A DNA stretch of 64,000 nt from Acidimicrobiia bacterium UBA5794 (lineage in GTDB: Bacteria; Actinomycetota; Acidimicrobiia; Spongiisociales; UBA5794), in NCBI GenBank assembly GCA_002418265.1, contig DIDS01000014.1, positions 72,588 to 136,587 of the forward strand, given 5' to 3'. Both the position numbers and the translations under genes were made by a program. Under the pieces are notes generated by a model, which was not told where the DNA came from, searched no databases, and saw only the letters and a list, made by a program, of their open reading frames with translations. This document shows, piece after piece, positions 28,862 to 38,839 of the stretch; positions within the stretch are counted from its first letter, which is position 1, and every line of letters starts with the position of its first letter.

Positions 28862-30259
28862 TTGATCCCACTGGCACGCACGACCGCGGCATCCGGTGCC
28901 ACGATTCCCGGATCCGCCGAAGTCGTCGTCTGTGGCGCGGGCATCGCCGGGATATCAACTGCTTTCCACCTGACGCGACTCGGTGTCCACGATGTCGTTG
29001 TGGTGGATCCGCGACCGCCACTGACCTTGACCTCGGACAAATCCACCGAGTGCTATCGCAACTGGTGGCCGACGCCACATATGGTTGCGCTGATGTCGCG
29101 CTCGATCGATCTCCTCGAGGCATACGCGGATGAATCGAACGACCGTTTCTCACTCACGAGGCGCGGTTACTTGTATGTCACGGCAGACGGCACCGAATTG
29201 GACCGCATGACGTCGGATGCCCACCTCATTGCTTCCCTCGGGGCTGGATCGGTACGAACACACACCAAGGCGTCTGGTGTGTACCAACCGGCGGACCTTG
29301 GCGGATACTCCTCCGACCTCACCGGAGCCGATGTCTTTTCAAGCGGAGACACGCTGCGCAACGCCTTCCCGTTCATCGGTGACCAGGCTGTTGGTGGAAT
29401 CCATGTCAGGCGGGCGGGATGGCTTTCTGCCCAACAGCTTGGTGCTTGGATGCTGGAGGAGGCGATCACTGCTGGCGCGGAATGCCTCACAGGTGAGATC
29501 ACCAGTGTGCAGTCGGACAAGAACGGAATCACCTCCGTGGTCGTTGACGGTCAAGCGACGGTTACCTGCAAGAGCTTTGTCAACGCTGGGGGTCCACTCG
29601 CCAAAGCGGTGGGACGCCTCGTGGGCGTCGAAGTACCGGTGCACAGCGAGATCCATCAGAAGGTGTCGTTCAAGGACCACAAGGCAGGATTCCATCGGTC
29701 CGCACCAGTGGTGATCTGGAGCGATCCCCAACGCATTTCCTGGTCACCCGATGAGCACGATTTTCTCGTCGAGACCGGAAACGAATCATTCCTCGGAGAG
29801 CTTCCACGGTTCGTCCACGGCAGACCCGAGGGTGGGACGGAGTCACCGTGGGCACTCGGACTGTGGGATCTCATACCCAAGGTCACTGCCACGCCCGAGT
29901 GGCCGATTGAAGTCGATTCGCTCTACCCCGAACTGGTCATGCGTGGGCTGACCGCCATGCTCCCCGCGATGTCTGCCTACTGTGACGGCCTCCCGGAACA
30001 CACCGTCGACGGGGGCTATTACACCAAAACGATCGACAACATCCCACTCATTGGACCCATCGGGCCCGCTGGGTCCTACCTGTGTGCGGCGTTGTCCGGG
30101 TACGGGATCATGGCGGCGTGTGCGGCGGGTGAACTCACCGCACTCCATGTCGCAGATGGGCCACTCCCCCCTCATGCCGACGCCTTCCGGATCGAACGCT
30201 TCGACGACCCCACCTATCTGCGGGCCATCACCGCCTCAGCTTCCGCCGGCCAGATCTGA
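28862..30259 (+). CDS. FAD-dependent oxidoreductase (DAO/GlpA-like)
   Basis: Rossmann dinucleotide motif VVVCGAGIAGISTAF. TTG start at 28862 has an AAGAGGAGG SD. Confidence 0.7.
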   Translation: MIPLARTTAASGATIPGSAEVVVCGAGIAGISTAFHLTRLGVHDVVVVDPRPPLTLTSDKSTECYRNWWPTPHMVALMSRSIDLLEAYADESNDRFSLTRRGYLYVTADGTELDRMTSDAHLIASLGAGSVRTHTKASGVYQPADLGGYSSDLTGADVFSSGDTLRNAFPFIGDQAVGGIHVRRAGWLSAQQLGAWMLEEAITAGAECLTGEITSVQSDKNGITSVVVDGQATVTCKSFVNAGGPLAKAVGRLVGVEVPVHSEIHQKVSFKDHKAGFHRSAPVVIWSDPQRISWSPDEHDFLVETGNESFLGELPRFVHGRPEGGTESPWALGLWDLIPKVTATPEWPIEVDSLYPELVMRGLTAMLPAMSAYCDGLPEHTVDGGYYTKTIDNIPLIGPIGPAGSYLCAALSGYGIMAACAAGELTALHVADGPLPPHADAFRIERFDDPTYLRAITASASAGQI

Positions 30260-30261
30260 CC

Positions 30262-31305
30262 TCAGTGTGAGGCACCGATGAGATCTTTGAGTTCACCGAT
30301 CTCTTGTGCGTGGTCATCGAGGAAATCAGTTCTCCGCTCCCCGCTACGGAGTTGTTCGCGTGTCTCGAACAGATCCCGTCCACACTCTGCATAGAGCTTC
30401 CCAAATTTCTCATCGATTGCACGCATCTCGGCGTAATCGTCGATGTCACCTGCTGTCATCAGAAGGGAATCGACATAGCCGAGGTAGCGTTCGAGCGAAG
30501 TTGTGTACTGGGCTGGAATGTCGTTGTCGACAAGGCAAGCGCTGAAACCTGCGAGCTCCATCTGAACCTCCGCAGAGTTGTCAATATCGGTGAGTACGCG
30601 TTCCCACGCACCGCGAAGATCTCCGTAGAGCTCTGACGCCCTCGTACGGTCACTGTCGAGATTCAAACTCGCCTCTTCCGTGGAACATGCGGCTGCGGCA
30701 GCGTCACGTGCCGGGTCTTCCACATAGTCGTTCGGAGACAATTCGTTCGGGCCAGCTGGTTCGCCCGGCAGGAAGACAAACCCGCTAGCAGCCAACAGAT
30801 CCGTTGGCGGGAACTGCCAGTTCGATATGAGGATCGGATCGTCGCGGCTGGGAAGCACAACTGGTTCGGGGCCGTCGAACCCTGCATCGGCCATGCACGC
30901 ACTGATATAGCTCAGCCGCTCACTCCAAACAGACTCGATACCGACTTCGAGAAGCACTGATTCGACGCTCGATTCGTGATCGAACGGGGCAACAGCGGCG
31001 CTGACGTCGATGGTTGACAGCTCCACGGGAGCAACGCTGCGGCTGGCCGGCAGCGGTTGCTGTGTGGTGGTTGTGGTCGCATCCGAAGGCGTGGATTGTG
31101 ACGCAAGCGGTTGGAACGAAGATCCACTGTCTGCAACAGCAGTGAGTCCAACGGCTGCGGTGACCGTGACCACAGCTGTCGAAGCGACTGCAAATCGCAT
31201 CATGTTGTGATGCCTGGCCACTGCAGCAATCGGCTTCGGTTCGCGCCCCCTCACGGCCCTGTGTATGTCGGTGGATGCTTGGTCGAGACGTTCATCAAGA
31301 TTCAT
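30262..31305 (-). CDS. Membrane-anchored putative anti-sigma factor with extracytoplasmic domain
   Basis: Start MNLDERLD with a GGAGGA SD; overlaps the ECF sigma stop by 11 nt. Single TM (FAVASTAVVTVTAAVGLTAVA), Thr-rich linker, and an about 270-aa C-terminal domain. Confidence 0.55.
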   Translation of the reverse strand: MNLDERLDQASTDIHRAVRGREPKPIAAVARHHNMMRFAVASTAVVTVTAAVGLTAVADSGSSFQPLASQSTPSDATTTTTQQPLPASRSVAPVELSTIDVSAAVAPFDHESSVESVLLEVGIESVWSERLSYISACMADAGFDGPEPVVLPSRDDPILISNWQFPPTDLLAASGFVFLPGEPAGPNELSPNDYVEDPARDAAAAACSTEEASLNLDSDRTRASELYGDLRGAWERVLTDIDNSAEVQMELAGFSACLVDNDIPAQYTTSLERYLGYVDSLLMTAGDIDDYAEMRAIDEKFGKLYAECGRDLFETREQLRSGERRTDFLDDHAQEIGELKDLIGASH

Positions 31306-31858
31306 GGTTGTCCTCCAATGTCGCGAGACGACGAGTGAGTGATTTGCGGGCACGGCGAAGATGTGATCGAACGGTTTCGGCGGAAAGGTCCAGAATCTCG
31401 GCAACGTCGTCGAGTGCCAGGTCTTCGAGGTAGTGCAGCGCGACGACTTGGGCTTGCCGTTTGGGGAGCTTCCTGACTGCTCGCCAAAGATCGTGGGACT
31501 CTGCAGCCATTTCGGGAAGCAGCATGTCGGTTTGGAAGAGCTTGGGGAGCGCTTTGGCCTCAACGACACGACGACGTATGGCTGAGACCGACCGATTCGC
31601 CACGACGCGGCGCACCCAGGCGCCGGGGTTCTCATAATTTCCAACTTCGTCCCATCGGCGATAGGCCGCCAGGAACGCCTCTTGCGCAATGTCCTCCGAT
31701 GCAAGACGGCTACCCGAAAGGGCATATGCCAAGCCGGATACTGCCTGGAACTCGACGCGGTAGAAGGTCTCGAAGCGTGGGGTTGCACGAACGACCGGCA
31801 GGTCAAATTCGCTCGTGTCATCAGACGGCACCATCGTCACGTTCATTCCGTTCGCCAT
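31295..31858 (-). CDS. ECF (sigma-70 family group IV) RNA polymerase sigma factor
   Basis: Region 2 (IAQEAFLAAYRRWDEV) and region 4 (QVVALHYLEDLALDDVAEILDLSAETVRSHLRRAR). Start ambiguous between 31834, 31846 and 31858. Confidence 0.8.
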   Translation of the reverse strand: MANGMNVTMVPSDDTSEFDLPVVRATPRFETFYRVEFQAVSGLAYALSGSRLASEDIAQEAFLAAYRRWDEVGNYENPGAWVRRVVANRSVSAIRRRVVEAKALPKLFQTDMLLPEMAAESHDLWRAVRKLPKRQAQVVALHYLEDLALDDVAEILDLSAETVRSHLRRARKSLTRRLATLEDNHES

Positions 31859-32001
31859 ACCTGTTACTCGCACAACGGCATGATCTGGGGTGAAGGAATC
31901 TTTGGGCACCGTGCAGCGGACCATAAACAATGTCGGAACCCGGCATGCAGCACCGTGCGTCATAACGTTGGTCAAGGATTCAACATGAGAAGGAGCACAC
32001 C

Positions 32002-32745
32002 TTGAAGAAGGCCACCATTGTCGTTGGGATTGCTGCGCTTGCGGTTGCCGTTTCTGCGTGCACACCGTCAGTCACCGTCGAATCGCCGAGCGCACCGTCC
32101 GAAGCGGCACCGTCTGGTATTTCCGTAAGCGGTATCGGGGAAGTCACGGGTACGCCGGACACGTTGACGATGTCCTTTGGGGTCTCCGTCATACGCGACT
32201 CCGTATCAGAAGCAGTAGCGATCGCCGCACAAAAGGCCGAAGCCGTCATCGAATCGCTGAAAGCAAACGGTTTGGCGGAAGAGGACATCCAAACGGCGAA
32301 CTACTCGGTGTATCCCCAGTACGACTGGAGCAACAACACCCAAAAGCTCATCGGCTACCAGGTGAACAACTCGGTGATTGCCAAGATCAGGGATCTCGAC
32401 ACTGCTGGAACCGTCATTGATGGCGCAACCGGCGCAGGTGGAGACGAGACAACGGTGAGCGGAGTGTCGTTCTCGATCGAGGACAACGACGCACTCATCG
32501 AGGCTGCCCGCGAGGCTGCGTGGAACGATGCCAAGCAGAAGGCCGAACAACTCGCATCGCTGTCTGGTGTGACCCTCGGAAGTCCGATATCTGTATCTGA
32601 GACGTTCGCGCCCTCTCCCCAGCCATTTGCCTACGACGAGATTGCCTATGCAATGGCCGATGGTGCCGAGGTCACCACACCGATCAATCCGGGTGAACAG
32701 CAAGTCGCGGTGTCACTCTCCGTTCAGTTCTCCATCCAGGATTGA
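32002..32745 (+). CDS. SIMPL-domain (DUF541, BP26/OMP28-like) lipoprotein
   Basis: Lipobox AVSAC plus a SIMPL-type repeat fold signature. Confidence 0.7.
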   Translation: MKKATIVVGIAALAVAVSACTPSVTVESPSAPSEAAPSGISVSGIGEVTGTPDTLTMSFGVSVIRDSVSEAVAIAAQKAEAVIESLKANGLAEEDIQTANYSVYPQYDWSNNTQKLIGYQVNNSVIAKIRDLDTAGTVIDGATGAGGDETTVSGVSFSIEDNDALIEAAREAAWNDAKQKAEQLASLSGVTLGSPISVSETFAPSPQPFAYDEIAYAMADGAEVTTPINPGEQQVAVSLSVQFSIQD

Positions 32746-32763
32746 CCAGAATCACCCTGCAAG

Positions 32764-32818
32764 CGCGTACCCAGGGTATGAACCCACCCTCACGGTCGGT
32801 TCATACCCTGGGTACGCG
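32764..32818. repeat. Perfect 20-bp-stem palindrome (loop 13 nt); a half-copy lies in the rlmN 3' end
   Basis: GCGTACCCAGGGTATGAACC-caccctcacggtc-GGTTCATACCCTGGGTACGC. The left arm plus loop recur at about 14973-15007. Confidence 0.85.
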
Positions 32819-32941
32819 AGATCGGTTTGGACCAGATGCGACGAACGGTGACCGCAGGTATGGTATGGCCAAGATCTGTATCGCTCTGGTCGTCAAAGCG
32901 GTACGACTCGGGAGCCGCCAGGTGGCGGAGCAGGGAGCGAT

Positions 32942-33502
32942 ATGAGACCCGTGAGGATGACCATTGCGGTCGGATTCCTGGCGCTCGTCGCTACGGGATG
33001 TAGCGGTGGAGAAACCGTTGCCAGCACAACCACCACGACCGTTCCCTTCACAACAACATCGGTTGCGGCAACAACGTCGACAACCACATCAACCACAACG
33101 ACCACCACCGTGCCGCCAAGCCTTGGGGCCACGTCGACCATTTTCCGCGTCCAGCAGGATTTGGCTGCACTCGGCTTCTTTGATGGCCAGATTGATGGGA
33201 TAGCGGGTGAGGAGACACAAAAAGCTCTCAAGGCCTTCCAGACACAACAGGGCTTGGAGGCCGACGGCGAGTTCGGGCCAAAGACGGATGCGGCCCTCTA
33301 CCCGCTCCTGATGAAGAACAAGGCCTATGTCGAGAGCCTCCAGGAAGATCTGACCGAGGCAGGCTTGTACACCGGCCCAATCGATGGCAGCTATGGCAAG
33401 GGAACCAAGGCCGCCGTTGAGAAGCTCCAGGAATCCTGTGACATCGAAAAGACAGGGAACATCGATATCGCGACACGGATATGTCTCGACGAAGCGATTT
33501 AG
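32942..33502 (+). CDS. Lipoprotein with Thr-rich linker and two peptidoglycan-binding (PG_binding_1) domains
   Basis: Lipobox ATGC, and two repeats of ...LGF/LY.G.IDG..G..T..A...FQ... Confidence 0.7.
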   Translation: MRPVRMTIAVGFLALVATGCSGGETVASTTTTTVPFTTTSVAATTSTTTSTTTTTTVPPSLGATSTIFRVQQDLAALGFFDGQIDGIAGEETQKALKAFQTQQGLEADGEFGPKTDAALYPLLMKNKAYVESLQEDLTEAGLYTGPIDGSYGKGTKAAVEKLQESCDIEKTGNIDIATRICLDEAI

Positions 33503-33505
33503 GAA

Positions 33506-33532
33506 TCTGACGTCTGACGTCTGAGATCAGAC
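33506..33532. repeat. Heptamer tandem array (TCTGACG)x3
   Basis: tctgacgtctgacgtctgagatcagac, immediately after the stop codon of the PG-binding lipoprotein. Confidence 0.8.
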
Positions 33533-33555
33533 TCGGTTAGGCGGTATGCATACTC

Positions 33556-34056
33556 ATGACCCTCACTGCGGAACTTATCAATGCGGTTACCTGGAAGATC
33601 CCGAACGCGCTTGCCCTTGTTGGTTCGCGATCAGATGACGAGTGGAATGGAATGACAACGTCTTGGATCACCCAGGTATCCCAAGACCCGATACTCATCG
33701 GAATCGGTGTCGATACTGTCGCAATCACGCACCGGCTCATCGCCGATGGAGGGAGCTTCACGGTCAACTTGTGGGATGCGGAAGATACGCGTCCGTTCGT
33801 GAAGTTCTCCAAGCCAGCGACAAAGGACGGAATGACACTCAACGGACTTGCGATCACCGAGGGGCAAACCGGGGCCCCGATCTTTGACGATGCCATTGCC
33901 TGGCTTGAATGCGTCGTGGTGAATCCGGTGCCTTGCGGCACCCATACGTTCTTCATCGGTGAGCTCGTCGCTGCCGGCATCAACGACGATGAGGCAAGAC
34001 CAGCCTCCATGGCAGACACTCGCATGAAGTACGGGGGGACGCGAAGAGGTCATTGA
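33556..34056 (+). CDS. Flavin reductase-like (FMN-binding split-barrel, RutF/HpaC family) protein
   Basis: Flavin_Reduct-like pattern (ALVGSRSDDEWNGMTTSWITQVSQDPILIGIGV...). Confidence 0.7.
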   Translation: MTLTAELINAVTWKIPNALALVGSRSDDEWNGMTTSWITQVSQDPILIGIGVDTVAITHRLIADGGSFTVNLWDAEDTRPFVKFSKPATKDGMTLNGLAITEGQTGAPIFDDAIAWLECVVVNPVPCGTHTFFIGELVAAGINDDEARPASMADTRMKYGGTRRGH

Positions 34057-34135
34057 TCAGAAGTCAGACGTCAGACGTCAGACGTCAGACGTCAGATGCT
34101 GTGAGCTGTGAGCCGTAAGCTGTGAGCAGCGAGTA
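34057..34135. repeat. Longest heptamer array: (GTCAGAC)x6 followed by (GCTGTGA/GCCGTAA)x5, upstream of aceE
   Basis: tcagaagtcagacgtcagacgtcagacgtcagacgtcagatgctgtgagctgtgagccgtaagctgtgagcagcgag. Confidence 0.85.
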
Positions 34136-34145
34136 AAGCGAGCCC

Positions 34146-36848
34146 ATGCCCCAACGCCCCATCTACATCGACGGATTCACCCATCAGCTCTTGGACGCCG
34201 ATCCTCCCGAGACCGACGAGTGGATCGCTGCCCTTGACGACATCATCTCGGTCGACGGTGAAACTCGTGCCCGCTACCTCATGGCACGCCTCACCGAGCA
34301 CAGCCGATTCCGCAACATCGGGGTACCCGGATCTGTCTCGACGCCGTACATCAACACCATCCCACCCGGAGCGGAGGCCAACTTCCCCGGTGATGCAGAT
34401 ATCGAGCGACGGATTCGGCGACTCATCCGGTGGAATGCCGCAGCCATGGTCATCAGGGCAAACAAGGCCGAAGACGGTATCGGAGGCCACCTGTCGACGT
34501 TCGCCTCCTCTGCAACGCTGTACGAGGTCGGTTTCAACCACTTCTTTCGCGGACACGCCGACGGCACTCCCGGTGACCACATCTATTTCCAGGGTCATGC
34601 CAACCCCGGTGTCTACGCCAGAGCCTTCCTTGAAGGACGTCTGAGCGAAGACCAGCTCGACCACTTCCGGCGTGAGATCAACGGAGGTATCTCAAGCTAT
34701 CCGCACCCGCGCCTGATGCCGGATTTCTGGGAATTCCCGACCGTCTCCATGGGATTGGGACCCATCAACTCGATCTACCACGCCCAGTTCCTCCGATACC
34801 TCGACAGTCGAGGTCTCGACGACACGAAGAAGTCCCGCGTGTGGGCGTTCCTCGGAGACGGCGAGACGGATGAGCCCGAAACACTCGGGTCGATCACCCT
34901 CGCCGGTATTGAAAAGCTCGACAACCTGACCTGGGTGGTCAACTGCAACCTCCAAAGACTTGACGGTCCCGTCCGGGGCAACGGGAAGATCATCCAGGAA
35001 CTCGAAGCGAACTTCCGCGGTGCGGGATGGAACGTCATCAAGGTCATCTGGGGTTCCGACTGGGACCCGATTCTCGCCCGTGACACCACGGGTGCACTCG
35101 TCGAGAAGATGAATGCAACGGTCGACGGTGAATACCAGCGGTTCAAGGCCGAATCGGGAGCGTACGTTCGTGAGAACTTCTTTGGGCCCGACCCCAGACT
35201 CCGGGCACTCGTCGAAGACATGACCGATGACGAGATCGGGGACCTCCGACGTGGTGGCCTCGACTACCGCAAGATCTACGCTGCATACCACTCGGCTACC
35301 GAGTTGCGGGGAGCACCAACCGTGATCCTCGCCAAGACCATCAAGGGCTGGACCCTGGGACCCGACATTGCTGGCAAGAACGCAACACATGCCATCAAGA
35401 AACTGACCGGAGAACAGCTCAAAGAACTGCGGGATCGGCTCATGCTCCACGATGAGATCCCTGACGAGGATCTCGAAGATGGGATCCCACCATTCGTCAT
35501 GTTCGAGGAGGGCTCTGTCGAGCAGCGGTACCTCATGGAGCGTCGGGAACACCTCAACGGACCCATACCGAAACGCGGTGTGCCGATCAGATCTCCCCTC
35601 GAGCTCCCGTCTCACGCCCCGTTCGCCGAATTCGAAAGCGGTTCGGGAGAGATCGAGATTTCCACCACCGGCGTATTCACTCGGCTCCTACGTAGCTTGA
35701 CCCGAGACAAGGCCTTCGGAAGCCGGGTCGTACCGATCATCCCCGATGAAGGACGCACCTTCGGTATGGATGCGTTGTTCAAAGAGATCAAGATCTACGC
35801 ACCCGAAGGGCAGCTCTACGAACCTGTCGACCACAACCTCATCCTGTCCTACAGAGAAGCCAAAGATGGCCAGATCCTTCAACAGGGCATCACCGAAGCT
35901 GGTGCGACCGCTTCGTGGATTGCTGCGGCAACTTCCTACTCAACGCGGGGAGTCCCCGTCGTTCCCTTCTTCTCGTTCTATTCGATGTTCGGTTTTCAGC
36001 GAGTTGGCGACTTGCTGTGGGGTGCTGCCGACGCTCGGGCCCGAGGGTTCCTTCTGGGAGCCACTGCAGGTCGCACGACACTTCTCGGTGAGGGACTCCA
36101 GCACCAGGACGGCCACAGCCATGTGCTTGCAAGCGTGGTTCCGACCTGTGAGGCATACGACCCGGCATTCGCATACGAAGTCGCAACGATCATTGAAAGC
36201 GGCCTGCATCGCATGTACGGCGACAACGACGACGTGTACTACTACCTCACGCTCTACAACGAGAACTACGTCCAGCCCGCCATGCCCGAGGGAAGCCGTC
36301 AGGGCATCATCGACGGGTTGTACCGCTTCGATGCCGGACCAGGTGGCGGTGACCATGCTGCGACGATCCTCTTCTCCGGTCCGAGCCAGGGTGCCGCTCG
36401 AGCGGCTCAGACAGAGCTTTCTGACCGGTTTGGCGTATCTGCCGAACTTTGGAGTGCCACCTCCTACAAGAAGTTGCGAGAGGAAGCTCTTGAGACCGAC
36501 CGATGGAATCGCCTCCACCCAACGCTTACACGGCGCGTCCCATTCGTGACCGAGCAGCTCAACACGTCCCGAGGTCCGATCGTTGCTGTCACCGACTACA
36601 TGCGCATCGTGCCTGATCAGATAGCACCGTATGTCCCAAGAACCTTCACGTCGTTGGGAACAGACGGCTTTGGACGAAGTGACACACGCGAGGCACTTCG
36701 GGATTTCTTCGAGACAGACATGCGCCACGTCGTCGTGGCAACACTGGCTTTGTTGGCCAAAGAGGACGCCATCTCTCCAAACGTTGTCTCTGAAGCGATC
36801 GCCGCATACGACATCGATCCGGACATCGCAGCACCCTGGACGCGGTAG
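34146..36848 (+). CDS. aceE: Pyruvate dehydrogenase E1 component (homodimeric AceE type)
   Basis: 900 aa with a ThDP-binding GDG...N motif region (FLGDGETDEPE) and AceE-type N-terminus. Confidence 0.9.
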   Translation: MPQRPIYIDGFTHQLLDADPPETDEWIAALDDIISVDGETRARYLMARLTEHSRFRNIGVPGSVSTPYINTIPPGAEANFPGDADIERRIRRLIRWNAAAMVIRANKAEDGIGGHLSTFASSATLYEVGFNHFFRGHADGTPGDHIYFQGHANPGVYARAFLEGRLSEDQLDHFRREINGGISSYPHPRLMPDFWEFPTVSMGLGPINSIYHAQFLRYLDSRGLDDTKKSRVWAFLGDGETDEPETLGSITLAGIEKLDNLTWVVNCNLQRLDGPVRGNGKIIQELEANFRGAGWNVIKVIWGSDWDPILARDTTGALVEKMNATVDGEYQRFKAESGAYVRENFFGPDPRLRALVEDMTDDEIGDLRRGGLDYRKIYAAYHSATELRGAPTVILAKTIKGWTLGPDIAGKNATHAIKKLTGEQLKELRDRLMLHDEIPDEDLEDGIPPFVMFEEGSVEQRYLMERREHLNGPIPKRGVPIRSPLELPSHAPFAEFESGSGEIEISTTGVFTRLLRSLTRDKAFGSRVVPIIPDEGRTFGMDALFKEIKIYAPEGQLYEPVDHNLILSYREAKDGQILQQGITEAGATASWIAAATSYSTRGVPVVPFFSFYSMFGFQRVGDLLWGAADARARGFLLGATAGRTTLLGEGLQHQDGHSHVLASVVPTCEAYDPAFAYEVATIIESGLHRMYGDNDDVYYYLTLYNENYVQPAMPEGSRQGIIDGLYRFDAGPGGGDHAATILFSGPSQGAARAAQTELSDRFGVSAELWSATSYKKLREEALETDRWNRLHPTLTRRVPFVTEQLNTSRGPIVAVTDYMRIVPDQIAPYVPRTFTSLGTDGFGRSDTREALRDFFETDMRHVVVATLALLAKEDAISPNVVSEAIAAYDIDPDIAAPWTR

Positions 36849-36855
36849 AAACGGA

Positions 36856-36890
36856 GCTCACAGCTAACAGCTGACAGCTTTCGGCTCCTT
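36856..36890. repeat. Heptamer tandem array (GCTCACA/GCTAACA/GCTGACA...)x5
   Basis: gctcacagctaacagctgacagctttcggctcctt. Confidence 0.7.
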
Positions 36891-37029
36891 GCCTTCCACT
36901 CTTTGAACCGTGAACTGTGAGCTTCTTTGTGCCGATTCTGTGGTACAAGCAGCCCCCATTCCGCTACCGTGCCTCCATGGGACGAACCTCGTTCGTCCAT
37001 TCCCATGCAAACTAAGGAGGAACAAGACG

Positions 37030-38745
37030 ATGAGACGTAAGAATCTCTGGTTCTTGGCCGTTGTCGTGCTCGCACTCGTTGCAAGCGCATGTAGCAGCAG
37101 CAGTGATGAAACAACCACCACTGCTGCGCCCGAAGCTACGACAACCACACAAGCAGAAACAACCACCACCGCAGTACCGAGCCCAGACTTTGAAGGCAAG
37201 GTGCTCGATTCCGGTGGATGCGACACAGACGGATACAGTGGACGCGTCGACACCATCACGGCGATCGATGAATACACCGTCGAGTTCAAACTGTGCAACC
37301 CACACCCAGCATTCCTGGCTCAGATCGCATTCGGCGTGTTCGGCATCCAGCCCGAGGAGCACCTTGAGGCCACGGGTGGCGCACCGCTCGCCAACCCGGT
37401 CGGGACCGGTCCATTCGCAGTGAAGGAATGGCTGCGCGGCGACTCGGTCGTCTTCACCCGCAATGACGACTATTACGGCCAAGTAGCTCCCCAGGAGACC
37501 CTGGTCTTGAAGTGGTCAACGGAAAGTGCCGGACGTCTCCTTGAACTCCAATCAGGTAATGCTGACGGCATGACCTTCCCGGGTGTTCAGGATTATCCGA
37601 CCATTGAGGCCGATCCGAACCTGCAGCTGCTCAACAAGCCCGAACCGAACATCTTCTACATGGGCTTCACGAACACGTTCGCCCCATGGGACAACGTGGA
37701 TGTTCGCAAGGCTGTGGCGATGGGTATCGATCGTCAGCGAATTGTTGACACGTTCTACCCACCAGGGTCAGAGACGGCATCCCACTTCACCCCATGCTCG
37801 GTGCAGTTCGGTTGCGAAGGCGACAGCTGGTATGACTTCGATGCAGAAGCAGCCAAGACCCTGCTCGCTGATGCAGGATTCCCTGACGGCTTCGACACGA
37901 CCATCTACTACCGCGATGTAACGCGTGGCTACCTGCCGACGCCTGGTGACGTTGCAGCTGACATCCAGGCTCAGCTCAAGGAGAACCTGAACATCAACGC
38001 AGAGATCGTCGTCATGGAGTCCGGAGAGTTCATCCAGACATCGTCAGCTGGAGGCCTTGACGGCATTCACCTGCTCGGTTGGACCGGTGACTATCCGCAC
38101 ATCACGAACTTCTTGGACTTCCACTTTGCGGAGACCAACTTGCAGTTCGGTAATCCCTATCCAGAAATCTACGAGCCATTGAAGACGGCAAGCCAGACAG
38201 CAGATGCTGCAACAGCTCAGCCACTCTATGAGGAAGCGAACAACGCCATCAAGGAATTCGTTCCGATGGTCCCAATCGCACACGGCGGTGCTGCTTATGT
38301 GGCGACGTCAGCCGTGCAAGGTGCCTATGCACCACCTTGGGGTGATGTGACGTTCAACCTCTGGGACAATGGAGGGGACACAATCGTGTTCGTCCAGGGC
38401 AACGAGCCCATCTCGCTCTACTGCGCAGATGAGACCGACGGCGAATCGCTTCGTGCGTGCGCTCAGGTCGTTGAAGCCCTGTACTCATACGACAAGGACG
38501 GAAACGTGCAGCCACAACTCGCAACCGAGTGTGTGCCGAACGACGACTTGTCAGTATGGACATGCTCGCTCCGCCAAGGAGTGGTCTTCCACGATGGTTC
38601 GACCTTCGACGCAAATGACGTCGTTGTGTCGTACACGGCAGGGCTCGACGCAGCATCTCCGCTCCATACGGGGAACAGCGGCGTGTTCGAGTACTACGAC
38701 TACCTGTGGAACGGACTGATCAACGCTCCAGCAGCTGAGGGCTAA
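37030..38745 (+). CDS. ABC transporter substrate-binding lipoprotein, family 5 (peptide/nickel/opine type)
   Basis: Lipobox VASAC, Thr-rich linker, and SBP_bac_5 features. AAGGAGGA SD. Confidence 0.8.
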   Translation: MRRKNLWFLAVVVLALVASACSSSSDETTTTAAPEATTTTQAETTTTAVPSPDFEGKVLDSGGCDTDGYSGRVDTITAIDEYTVEFKLCNPHPAFLAQIAFGVFGIQPEEHLEATGGAPLANPVGTGPFAVKEWLRGDSVVFTRNDDYYGQVAPQETLVLKWSTESAGRLLELQSGNADGMTFPGVQDYPTIEADPNLQLLNKPEPNIFYMGFTNTFAPWDNVDVRKAVAMGIDRQRIVDTFYPPGSETASHFTPCSVQFGCEGDSWYDFDAEAAKTLLADAGFPDGFDTTIYYRDVTRGYLPTPGDVAADIQAQLKENLNINAEIVVMESGEFIQTSSAGGLDGIHLLGWTGDYPHITNFLDFHFAETNLQFGNPYPEIYEPLKTASQTADAATAQPLYEEANNAIKEFVPMVPIAHGGAAYVATSAVQGAYAPPWGDVTFNLWDNGGDTIVFVQGNEPISLYCADETDGESLRACAQVVEALYSYDKDGNVQPQLATECVPNDDLSVWTCSLRQGVVFHDGSTFDANDVVVSYTAGLDAASPLHTGNSGVFEYYDYLWNGLINAPAAEG

Positions 38746-38770
38746 GCCCCGGTCGGTTACGTGAGGAAAC

Positions 38771-38792
38771 GGGGGAGGCACATGCCTCCCCC
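38771..38792 (+). terminator. Intra-operon hairpin (9-bp G/C stem, 4-nt loop) between the SBP and permease genes; probable attenuator or mRNA-stabilising stem-loop
   Basis: GGGGGAGGC-acat-GCCTCCCCC. Confidence 0.5.
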
Positions 38793-38839
38793 GTCCTCTA
38801 TGCTCACCCTCCACCGACCGAAGGCATCGCTGCTTCACC

